DNA of 64,000 nucleotides from Myxococcales bacterium (GTDB lineage Bacteria; Myxococcota_A; Polyangia; Polyangiales; JAFGIB01): NCBI GenBank assembly GCA_029880325.1, contig JAOUOP010000009.1, positions 57,012 to 121,011 of the forward strand, read 5' to 3'. Shown piece by piece: positions 56,164 to 64,000 of this stretch (position 1 is its first letter; each line of letters starts with the position of its first letter). The notes under the pieces were generated by a model. It saw only the letters and a program-made list of their open reading frames with translations, ran no database searches and was not told where the DNA came from. The position numbers and the translations under genes were made by a program.

Positions 56164-57057
56164 TCAGGCCTCGAGTCCGGCGGCCGCTTCATGCACGGCC
56201 GAGGCCATCGAAGCGATGGCCTCGTCTTCGAGGCCCAGAATCGAGCGGCCGATCATGAGCACAGTGTTGACCTGTACGATGTCGGCTTCGCCCGCGACGA
56301 CACCCTCGCGCTTGGCCAGCGCGTTGGCGAAGCGCACGGCGTTGGCCGAAGACTTGCGGTCAGCCGCGTCGTACTCGACACAGTCCTCGATGGCCTGGCA
56401 GACGGCTTCAGGCAGCTTCCATTTTCGCGCAATGGCGAGCCCCACATCGCGGTGCAGACCGTCGACCAGCTGCATCCAGGTGTCGGTGTCAAGCCAACGG
56501 CCGCTTCGCGAACGTGCCACGGCGCGCTCGAGTTCTAGCAAATGCGACCCCACGACAGGCTTGCCCACGTCATGGAGCAGGCCCGCCATGTACGGCACGT
56601 CCTTGTCTTCGAGTGCCGCGTGCACTGCGATCTGGCGCGCGGCGATGGCGACGGCCACCGAGTGCTCCCAGAGCTTGTTGAAAATGTCGCGCACCTCAGG
56701 ATTGCGCGAGTTGAAGATGCGACGCGCCGCCGCCGCCGTCAGGACGTTGCGCAGATTGCGCTGGCCGATCTGGGAGACGGCGCGGTTCAAGCTGTCGATC
56801 GGCACCTTCGGCGAGTACAGGGCGCTGTTGGCGATGCGTAGAATGTCGAGCGACATCACCGGATCGGACTCGAGCACGGAGGTGACCCGGCTGGTGTCGG
56901 GATTGCCGCGATCGAGCATCTCCATCACCCTGGACGCCGTGGTGGGCATCGGTGGCAGGACCAGCTTGTCGGCAGCGATCTTGGCCAACATCAGCTCGCG
57001 AAGCTTGTCCGCGAACCCCGCCACATTCAGTCCAGACGCTGCCGCCGATGCCGTCAT
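56164..57057 (-). CDS. HDOD domain signalling protein
   Basis: LPPMPTTASRVMEMLD...SDPVMSLDILRIANSALY...LWEHSVAVAIAAR...AGLLHDVGKPV matches HDOD hallmarks. Confidence 0.85.
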   Translation of the reverse strand: MTASAAASGLNVAGFADKLRELMLAKIAADKLVLPPMPTTASRVMEMLDRGNPDTSRVTSVLESDPVMSLDILRIANSALYSPKVPIDSLNRAVSQIGQRNLRNVLTAAAARRIFNSRNPEVRDIFNKLWEHSVAVAIAARQIAVHAALEDKDVPYMAGLLHDVGKPVVGSHLLELERAVARSRSGRWLDTDTWMQLVDGLHRDVGLAIARKWKLPEAVCQAIEDCVEYDAADRKSSANAVRFANALAKREGVVAGEADIVQVNTVLMIGRSILGLEDEAIASMASAVHEAAAGLEA

Positions 57058-57060
57058 GGT

Positions 57061-58221
57061 TCAGGCTCCGGAGGCGGCCTGGGCCTCGGCACGACTCGGG
57101 TAGACATTGATCTCCGCAGTTTCCACCAGCTGCTTGAGCAGGCTGCTGACCTCGTCGGAGCCCACCACGCACAGGTCGATGCCCAGCTCCGAGGACTTGG
57201 TCCGGAGCTTCACCAACATCTTCTGCATCTTGGCCGAGGGTGGAAGGTTCGCCAGATCGAGAATCACATCCTCGTGGCACGCCGCGGCCATGGAATCGAG
57301 GCCATCGGTCATCAGCTGCGACAGCCGCCGATAATAAGACTCGGTAGCCTGGTCCGGATCGCTCGGCGCACTCGGCTCCATGATGTTGCCGACGACCTGC
57401 AAGAGGTCGAGGCTCTCGAAGTAGTTGCCGACGAACTCCTCCACCTGTTCGGGGCGGAAGGGCTTGACCAGATAGCTGTCGAAGCCCTTGACGCGGGCTT
57501 CTTCCTCGGGGTTGTCCACCGAGCGCATCACCAGCGCTACGAACGCCGCCGTGGGCTGCAAGATCCGCAAGTCGCGCAACAGGTCGACGCTGTCGACGTC
57601 GGGAATTTCCAGGTCGATCACGACGGCCCGGTAGACTCGCTCGCGGCATAGGTTCATCGCCGTTCGTCGATCGATGGAGCTGTTGAAGCTGATGCGGTCG
57701 GGCAACATCGAGCGCAGCTTGCGCGAGACGTTGTCCATGTCGTCGATCACGAGCACGTCGACGAAGGCCTTGCCGGCGGCCGGAACGCCATTGCCACCCA
57801 GGGGCCCCGTGCGTGCGGTTGCAGCTCCGGTGGGCGCTGTCACCGCGGCTTCGCTCACTTGACCGTCGAGGGCCGCGACGACCTTGGAGCGTAACGCATC
57901 GGCCTTGAACGGCTTGATGACGTAGTCGAAGACCGCACCGGCCGACAGCATGGGTCCAATGATGGTCGACCCCGACTCGGCCGTCAGAAGGATGACGGGA
58001 GTTTGATTGCCGGTGGCCCGCAGCTCCTTGAGCATGGTCGGTCCGTCCATCACCGGCATGGTGACGTCGAGCAGAATCAGGTCGGGCTCGCACTCGCCCA
58101 CCTTCTGCAGACCGACCTGCCCATCCTCGGCCTCAAAGAGTTCGATCTGCAGGTCCTTGAGGGCCTTGCTGATCATCATACGCACGGCCCGCGCGTCATC
58201 TACGGTCAGAACCTTTTTCAC
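57061..58221 (-). CDS. REC-REC-STAS-like protein
   Basis: GTG 58221 follows AAGGGAGAAGG. REC1 is KKVLTVDDARA...LILLDVTMPVMDG...YVIKPF. REC2 is VLVIDDMDN...AVVIDLEIPDVDS...YLVKPF. The C-terminus ILDLANLPP...LCVVGSDEVSSLLKQLVETAEINVYPSRAEA is STAS-like. Confidence 0.75.
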   Translation of the reverse strand: MKKVLTVDDARAVRMMISKALKDLQIELFEAEDGQVGLQKVGECEPDLILLDVTMPVMDGPTMLKELRATGNQTPVILLTAESGSTIIGPMLSAGAVFDYVIKPFKADALRSKVVAALDGQVSEAAVTAPTGAATARTGPLGGNGVPAAGKAFVDVLVIDDMDNVSRKLRSMLPDRISFNSSIDRRTAMNLCRERVYRAVVIDLEIPDVDSVDLLRDLRILQPTAAFVALVMRSVDNPEEEARVKGFDSYLVKPFRPEQVEEFVGNYFESLDLLQVVGNIMEPSAPSDPDQATESYYRRLSQLMTDGLDSMAAACHEDVILDLANLPPSAKMQKMLVKLRTKSSELGIDLCVVGSDEVSSLLKQLVETAEINVYPSRAEAQAASGA

Positions 58222-58343
58222 GTCACCTTCTCCCTTCGCCGGGCCCGTGACCGCCCCGGCACTTCTTCCAATCGGCAGTTGTGGCCCGGGTCTGAAGCCC
58301 AAAACGGCTCAGCGCGACCGAAAAGGTCAAATCATCCAGAAGA

Positions 58344-60416
58344 TCAGGCGTAACGCTGGAAGAGCACGAAGCCGCGCTCGGTGGCGATGGCTTCGCTTAT
58401 CTCCCCGACCTCGAGCCGCGCGATCTGGGATTGAACGCGTGGTGAAAACGCCGCCAACTCCACCATGCCTCGCTCCAACGTTTCGTCACCGAACCGCGCA
58501 GCCAGCTCCGCGAAATCGGCCCCGGGCTCGCGGGCGCGCGCCAGAATGCGACGCGCGCGCTCCTCGGCCTGGCTGCGGTTGCGCCTCAGGTTCCGGGGAG
58601 CGTCGCGGGCACCGGCGTAACGCACCAACACCTCACGCAGCCCCATATGGCGCGGGGCTCGACTCATCGGAGCCTGTTCCGTGAAACGCAGGCCCAGGTC
58701 GAACGAGGAGCGACGGCGAGCATCGGCCACGGCATCTTCTACGATCCAGCGCAGCTCTTGCTCCGACAGCAGGCCTTCGATCACACGACCGGCGACGATG
58801 GCCGTGGGGCTTTCCCCCACACCATCGAGACTCGCTTCCTCCAACATCTCCGAGAGGCGACGGCGGTGAACACCGACGCTCAGGGCGTGGCGAAAGCTGA
58901 CCATGTTCAACCCCAGCCCCTCGGCCAGGCGCACGACGATATCGGTGCTGAGGCGGTCGCGATGGGCCAGCACGCGGTCGTGCAGCTGCCAGAAAACGCC
59001 GTTGCCCCCGCGGTCAAATGCCTCGCACAGGGCTTCGGCCACGGTCCAGGCGCGCGCGTCGTCGCTGCGCGGGTGGATGTGATGTACCAGGCGCAGGCTG
59101 TCTCCGAAGTGACGCGCAACCGAAGCGAAGCGCTCGGCCATGCGACGACTACGCCCCGAAGTCAGATCGAGGTAGAGGTCAATGGTCACCAGCGCCGACT
59201 CCGGTCCGCGCACGGGATGGCTCCAGTCGATGGGTTCAAGCGTGGCCGCACGGGTCATGGTTGCGACGGTCGCGGCGCTCCGCGCGGGCTGCTGTGGGCT
59301 TGGACGCGTTCCACCCTTGGTCAATCCGATGACAGCCACGCCGAGTAGACCGCCGAGCAACGGAAGGGCACCTTCGAGCGACACGCTGCCGCCAGCGGTG
59401 AAGGCAGTCATCGCAGCCAGGCCGGTCAACCCGCCCCGCCCCACCGCGGTCCAGAAAACCGGACGCGTGCGCGGCTTGGATGCTTCGGTCTCGCGCGCTC
59501 GGACCCCCGACGCTGGCAGCGTATCGATGCGCTCCGACGCGGCGGCCGGTCGCGACGCCGGCAACGAAGCCGCGGGGCGTAGGGCTCGCAGCTGCGACAA
59601 CAGGGCCAGGGCGTCCGCCGGCCGATCCGCGGGCTCCTTGCTCAGGCAGGCATCGACGCAACCCGAAAGTGCCGCATCGATTCCCGGCACCCGACTCGCG
59701 AGGGGCTCGTGATCCATCGTACAGACACGCACGATCACGGCATGGCCGCTGTCACCGTCGAAGGGTAGCGTGCCGCTGAGCGCCTCGTAGATCATCACAC
59801 CCATCGACCACACGTCGCTCTGCGTGCCGGCCATGCGGGCATCCAGGGCCTGCTCCGGGCTCATGTAGTGGGGTGTGCCCATGGCCATGCCCGTGCGCGT
59901 CAGACTCAGGTCGTCGTCGTGGGTGGCGATTCCAAAATCGAGCAGCTTGACCTGCGGTGAGGGTCCGCCGGCGCCGACCACAAAGATATTGTCGGGCTTG
60001 AGGTCCCGGTGCACACAGCCATGGGCGTGGGCCGCCGAAAGCGGAGCCAGAGCTTGCAGCAGAAGATCGAGCAGGCGACCGGGCCTCGAGTCCGGGTCCT
60101 CCATCACCTCGCGCAGGGTCTTGCCCTCGAGCAACTCCATGGCAATGTAGAAGGCACCGCTGTCGGCGTCATGGTCGGCGTCGAGCACATCGACGATACC
60201 CGGATGGCGGACCTGGGCGGCGATCGAGGCTTCGCGCTGGAAGCGCTCGCGCATTTCCTGATCCTTGCAGGCCAGAATCTTGACCGCCGCCTCGCGTCCG
60301 GTGTGCAAATGGCGCGCCCGGTGCACCACCCCCATGCCCCCCTCGGCCAGCTGGCCCAGCAGTTCCCAGCGCTGCCCGAGGATGCGCTTGCGGGGCAATA
60401 GCGAAACCATCTTCAC
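58344..60416 (-). CDS. Ser/Thr protein kinase - TM - degenerate DsbA-like domain - PpiC/parvulin domain
   Basis: Kinase motifs GGMGVVHRA, VHRDLKPDNIFV, DFGIA and SPEQ. A TM segment lies near aa 330-360. The DsbA/Thioredoxin_4-like segment has DLTSGRSRR where CxxC is expected. The C-terminal parvulin-like segment is LVRYAGA...GADFAELAARFGDE...VGEISEAIATERGFVLFQR. Confidence 0.8.
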   Translation of the reverse strand: MKMVSLLPRKRILGQRWELLGQLAEGGMGVVHRARHLHTGREAAVKILACKDQEMRERFQREASIAAQVRHPGIVDVLDADHDADSGAFYIAMELLEGKTLREVMEDPDSRPGRLLDLLLQALAPLSAAHAHGCVHRDLKPDNIFVVGAGGPSPQVKLLDFGIATHDDDLSLTRTGMAMGTPHYMSPEQALDARMAGTQSDVWSMGVMIYEALSGTLPFDGDSGHAVIVRVCTMDHEPLASRVPGIDAALSGCVDACLSKEPADRPADALALLSQLRALRPAASLPASRPAAASERIDTLPASGVRARETEASKPRTRPVFWTAVGRGGLTGLAAMTAFTAGGSVSLEGALPLLGGLLGVAVIGLTKGGTRPSPQQPARSAATVATMTRAATLEPIDWSHPVRGPESALVTIDLYLDLTSGRSRRMAERFASVARHFGDSLRLVHHIHPRSDDARAWTVAEALCEAFDRGGNGVFWQLHDRVLAHRDRLSTDIVVRLAEGLGLNMVSFRHALSVGVHRRRLSEMLEEASLDGVGESPTAIVAGRVIEGLLSEQELRWIVEDAVADARRRSSFDLGLRFTEQAPMSRAPRHMGLREVLVRYAGARDAPRNLRRNRSQAEERARRILARAREPGADFAELAARFGDETLERGMVELAAFSPRVQSQIARLEVGEISEAIATERGFVLFQRYA

Positions 60417-60546
60417 AACTCGAGACTACGGCCGGAGCGGCGGCCTCCTTGAGCCCGCCCCGCATCGCCCCCCAACGAGCCGCCGCGGCGAGGTCATTTC
60501 CGGCTGGCGCCGGGCGCCGAGTCCTGTAGGCTCTGCCCCCAACGCA

Positions 60547-61119
60547 ATGGCGGTCCAGCCCAGTTTTACCCGTACGCTGCGGTACTACTATCACCGCCTT
60601 TTCCCACGCCACGAGCGCAGTCTCCCGGTGGCCGTATCTGTCTTCCTCGGCGTCTGGATCGGGCTGATGCCCACCCTTGGCATCGCCCTGATCCTCACCG
60701 CAATCGCCGCTCAGATCGCCCGCGTGCCCAAGGGGCCGGGCCTTTTGGCCTCTTTCATCGCGGTGCCGCCGACGCTTTTCCTGTTTTTCTATCCCCTGGG
60801 CTATTTCGGCGTCGGCCTGCCGCTGCTCGACCCGCCCGCGGTGGACTTCAACTTCCTCGAGGAGGTGCGCGCCCTGAACCTCTTCAGCGTCGGCAAGGTG
60901 GCCAGTCACCTCTGGGACAACGCCCGCGGCCACGTCTGGGCCTTTCTGGTGGGCATGTTGATCGTGGCCACCGCCACCGCGCTGCTCGCCTTTGGGGGCA
61001 CCTACGCGATGATGGAGTGGAAACGCAAGAAGCGCCTGGCCGCCCGCGAAAGCCGGCGCCTGGCGCGCGAGTCCCAGGCCGACGCGCCGCGCCAGGAGCC
61101 CCCGGCTGCGCTGACCTGA
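60547..61119 (+). CDS. DUF2062-like membrane protein
   Basis: ATG 60547. LRYYYHRLFPRHERSLPVAVSVFLGVWIGLMPTLG...FLFFYPLGYFGVG, with three or four TM segments. The family is recalled from the N-terminal motif. Confidence 0.55.
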   Translation: MAVQPSFTRTLRYYYHRLFPRHERSLPVAVSVFLGVWIGLMPTLGIALILTAIAAQIARVPKGPGLLASFIAVPPTLFLFFYPLGYFGVGLPLLDPPAVDFNFLEEVRALNLFSVGKVASHLWDNARGHVWAFLVGMLIVATATALLAFGGTYAMMEWKRKKRLAARESRRLARESQADAPRQEPPAALT

Positions 61120-61290
61120 AGCGTCTCTCGGCTCCCCGGCGCGGACCCCGGTAAATCGCGCGGGCCCAGCGGCGACGCTTTGCGCATCACCGCTGGACCC
61201 GTCGCGCACCCACCGGGCCGCGCTCCCGTCTACCCGTTCGGGAGGCGACTCACCACACCAACACCCACACACCCAAAAACCGGCAGAGAC

Positions 61291-61902
61291 TCATGCATCT
61301 GCGTCTCCGCCGGTTCCGCCGGCACCACCTGCACCACTGGCTCCACTACTACCACCTTCGCCGGCCGCACCGCCGGCACCACCTGCGCCAGCCGCGCCAC
61401 CTGCGCCAGCCGCGCCACCTGCGCCGGCGCCACTGCCACCTTCGCCGGCCGCACCGCCGGCACCACCCGCGCCAGCCGCGCCGCCAGTTCCAGCGTTGGG
61501 CCCGCCGCCGAACATGGCGCAGATATCGGGAAACTGCATACAGAACTGGGCCGGATCGAACTGTTGCTGCTGCGGCGCCGGCATCGTGTTCGTCGTGGTG
61601 GTCGCCGCAGGCGCACCCGTGCCCGTCGCACCCGTGCCCGTGCCCGTCGCGCCCGCACCCGTCACGCCGGTCGTTCCAACGCCGGTCGATGCCAGCGGAC
61701 ACTGGCAAATGCCGATGGTCATGCCATCGGCAGAGCAAAACGCCGTGCCCGAGCCCGAGCCCGAAGGGCAGGGACAGGGCAGCACGCCGTTGGGCTCGCA
61801 GACCCGGGAGCCACCGCCATCGTCACCACCACAGCCAGCCCCCGATCCGGCGAGCACTGCGACGAGAAATGCGTATTTTACGGCAATTCCGGTGTCTTTC
61901 AT
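61291..61902 (-). CDS. Cys-rich lipoprotein with Gly/Ala-rich repetitive C-terminus
   Basis: ATG 61902 (MKDTGIAVKYAFLVAVLAGSGAGC). A Cys cluster is followed by a (GGAAGAGGAGGAAGEGGS)n tail. Confidence 0.7.
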   Translation of the reverse strand: MKDTGIAVKYAFLVAVLAGSGAGCGGDDGGGSRVCEPNGVLPCPCPSGSGSGTAFCSADGMTIGICQCPLASTGVGTTGVTGAGATGTGTGATGTGAPAATTTTNTMPAPQQQQFDPAQFCMQFPDICAMFGGGPNAGTGGAAGAGGAGGAAGEGGSGAGAGGAAGAGGAAGAGGAGGAAGEGGSSGASGAGGAGGTGGDADA

Positions 61903-62109
61903 GGTCTCGGCTCGGAGCGGCGCCAGCGCGGCTGGGGTTCGGGGTGGCGCTATGTATGGAAACACCACCCGAAGCCTACAGTGCGCAAAGCTCGTTCACC
62001 TGGTCGGAGTTTTTTTCCGAGTCATCGCTTTTTTTTCCGGCCACCGCCGAAGAACCGGCCGTCGCCGCCAAGTCGCCCCCAATGACTGCGAAATGGTACA
62101 AATGCGGGA

Positions 62110-63078
62110 TTGGCGGAGAATCAAATCGTGCGCACTACTTGGCTTTGGCTATTTGCAACCCTCGTCGGGCTGCTGCTGCTGGCAGCGCCGGTGGGGGCCC
62201 AGGAAGCACGCGAGCATTTCAAGCGCGGCGAACTGGCCTATCAAAAGGGCAACTACTCGCTGGCGGTCAGCGAATGGGAGACGGCCTACGCGGCCGACCC
62301 CCGGCCCCGCATCCAGTACAACCTCTACCAGGCCTACGAACGGCTGGGCGACCTGAGCCGCGCTTCGGCCGCTCTCGAGCGCTACCTCAGCACCGCCGAT
62401 CCAGAGGATCCGCACTACTCGGATGCCACCGCCCGCATGGCGTCCTTGAAGCAGCGGCTGCAGGCCACGGGCATCGTGCTCGTGGGCGGTATCGACGGCG
62501 CCGCCATCATCATCGGCGACAAGGAGTGGGGTCGCTTGCCCCGGCCCGACCGCATCCCGGTGGAGCCCGGTTCCCATCGCGTGCGCGTGGCGCTGACCGG
62601 TTACCAGGACTTCGTGGCAGACGTGGGCGTACCCGCAGGTCAAGTCGTGCAGGTGCAGGTGGAGCTGCGGCCGGGATCTTCCCAGACCACGAGCGCCCCC
62701 GACGGCTCGTCATCCGAACCGGGCAGCACCTCGGCGAGCGCATCGAGTTCGGACCTCTTCGGCGGCTCCGGCGACCCCTCCACCTATTACATCGCCGCCG
62801 CAGCCCTGGGCGGCGCCGCGCTGATCAGCGGAATCTGGATGATCGAGCGGGCCAGCGAGTACAAGGGCTGCGACTCCCGCGACAACTTCTGCGAAAATGG
62901 CGGCACCGTGAAGACCCAGCGCAACGTGGCCTTCGGCCTGACCGCCCTCTTCGGCATCGGCGCCGTGGGCACCCTCATCTACGGTGTGCTCACCGACGAC
63001 AGCGCCGAGCCCGCCAACACGGCGGCCCTGCACTGTGACGTCACCGGCCTGGGCGCCAGCTGCGGAGGGAGTTTCTGA
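62110..63078 (+). CDS. TPR + PEGA-domain membrane-anchored protein
   Basis: Signal/TM segment. TPR-like FKRGELAYQKGNYSLAVSEWETAY...YNLYQAYERLGD. PEGA-like IPVEPGSHRVRVALTGYQDFVADVGV. A C-terminal TM follows. Confidence 0.7.
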   Translation: MAENQIVRTTWLWLFATLVGLLLLAAPVGAQEAREHFKRGELAYQKGNYSLAVSEWETAYAADPRPRIQYNLYQAYERLGDLSRASAALERYLSTADPEDPHYSDATARMASLKQRLQATGIVLVGGIDGAAIIIGDKEWGRLPRPDRIPVEPGSHRVRVALTGYQDFVADVGVPAGQVVQVQVELRPGSSQTTSAPDGSSSEPGSTSASASSSDLFGGSGDPSTYYIAAAALGGAALISGIWMIERASEYKGCDSRDNFCENGGTVKTQRNVAFGLTALFGIGAVGTLIYGVLTDDSAEPANTAALHCDVTGLGASCGGSF

Positions 63079-63986
63079 TGCACCGATCGCATTGGCCAAC
63101 CCTGGGCGAACGCTGGCGTCGGACCTTCGCATTCCTCTGCGCCCTGTGCACCAGCGCCGCCTGCACCGACGCCGGCCTCTGCAAGCGCGGCGAACTCGAC
63201 TGCGTCTGCACCAGCGACGACAGCTGTGGCGGTGGAGCCGTCTGCGAGGATGGCTTCTGCGTCGAGGCCGCCGGCTCGAAGAAACCTCCTCCCGATCCGG
63301 ATCCTGACTCGGGCCCCACCCAGACCGATTCCGGGACGCCGACCACCGATCCCTGCGAGGCCGACGACAAGGAGACCGCCTGCATCGGATTCTGCGAGGC
63401 CTGCTCCCGCAACGAAGAGCGCTATTGCGCGACTCCAGACTCGCGCTGCTTCCCCGACGACTGCTTGCCGGGCGGAGAAATCCTGGGCGTCTGCCTCGAT
63501 CAATGCGCTAGCGTCGACTGCGCCCGAAACCTCTGCGAGCAGGAACAGGACAAGCGCTGCTCGAACTTCGGCTACGAGGACGACACCGGCTTCTACGTAT
63601 CCGGCTGCTTTGCCGACGATCCCATCTGCGTGCACAGCCCGGCCACCGGCTGCAGCGACACCTGCGGCACCCTGAGCGGTCAGACCGGCGGCGACCTGGC
63701 CGACAACGGCGTCTGCGAAGACGGTGACCAGGGCTCGGTCTCCAGCGACTGCAACCCCAGCACCGACTGCAGCGACTGCGGGGTTCGCAGCTGTCAGCGC
63801 CCCGGCGACAGCTGCGCTGGCAACGGCGACTGCTGCGGCTTCGTCAACGACGAAGCCTTCTGCGTCGACGTCCCGTCCCAGGGCAACATCTGCCTGGTGA
63901 CCTGCGACGCCGACAACACCTGCCCGCCGGCCTTCGCCTGCAGCAGCATCCAGGGCGAGAGCACGTCGGTGTGCGCGCCGCTTTGA
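63078..63986 (+). CDS. Cys-rich secreted lipoprotein
   Basis: Signal FAFLCALCTSAAC. More than 35 Cys residues in repeated CxxxxC-type modules, plus a Pro/Asp linker. Paralogous in style to 40276..41028. Confidence 0.7.
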   Translation: MHRSHWPTLGERWRRTFAFLCALCTSAACTDAGLCKRGELDCVCTSDDSCGGGAVCEDGFCVEAAGSKKPPPDPDPDSGPTQTDSGTPTTDPCEADDKETACIGFCEACSRNEERYCATPDSRCFPDDCLPGGEILGVCLDQCASVDCARNLCEQEQDKRCSNFGYEDDTGFYVSGCFADDPICVHSPATGCSDTCGTLSGQTGGDLADNGVCEDGDQGSVSSDCNPSTDCSDCGVRSCQRPGDSCAGNGDCCGFVNDEAFCVDVPSQGNICLVTCDADNTCPPAFACSSIQGESTSVCAPL

Positions 63987-64000
63987 GACGCTGCCCTACG

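Overview
High-GC bacterial chromosome segment, almost fully coding. No rRNA, tRNA, CRISPR array or complete IS/transposase gene was recognised. Positions 1-27.9 kb hold 33 contiguous minus-strand flagellar genes in three blocks: flgBC-fliEFGHIJK-flgDE, then fliLMNOPQR-flhBAFG-fliA-flgFG, then flgAHIJMN-flgKL (flgL runs off the left edge). Next come a sigma54 NtrC-type activator with a divergent PAS histidine kinase and a hybrid REC-kinase (28.1-32.5 kb). A cutinase/PETase-like lipoprotein hydrolase follows, with its signal-peptide codons split by a 144-bp MITE-like insertion (32.9-34.2 kb). Then motAB plus a c-di-GMP/motor-control module (REC-EAL, a second FliA-type sigma, a YcgR-like PilZ protein, CheX-like; 34.4-40.1 kb). 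An accessory envelope cluster carries heme-motif lipoproteins, outer-membrane barrels and DUF3570/DUF2271/DUF4266-like proteins (40.3-48.1 kb). A chemotaxis operon follows (cheA-cheW-mcp-cheY-cheB-cheR; 48.25-55.9 kb), then HDOD, REC-REC-STAS, a Ser/Thr kinase with periplasmic DsbA-like and parvulin domains, and Cys/Gly-rich lipoproteins (56.2-64 kb). The most notable observations are listed here. (1) Sigma54 -24/-12 motifs sit 13-14 nt upstream of the first ATG of each of the three flagellar blocks, which implies near-leaderless sigma54 transcripts. (2) FlgJ carries a Cys/His hydrolase-like C-terminus instead of a glucosaminidase. (3) A soluble MCP has a truncated-hemoglobin N-terminus and three PAS domains. 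(4) The MITE insertion has 16-bp inverted repeats and an 11-bp target duplication. (5) The uncharacterised heme-lipoprotein/barrel cluster includes an ORF that reads through a C-terminal sorting signal into a second lipoprotein signal peptide. All family names come from motif recognition by eye and need HMM or BLAST confirmation.
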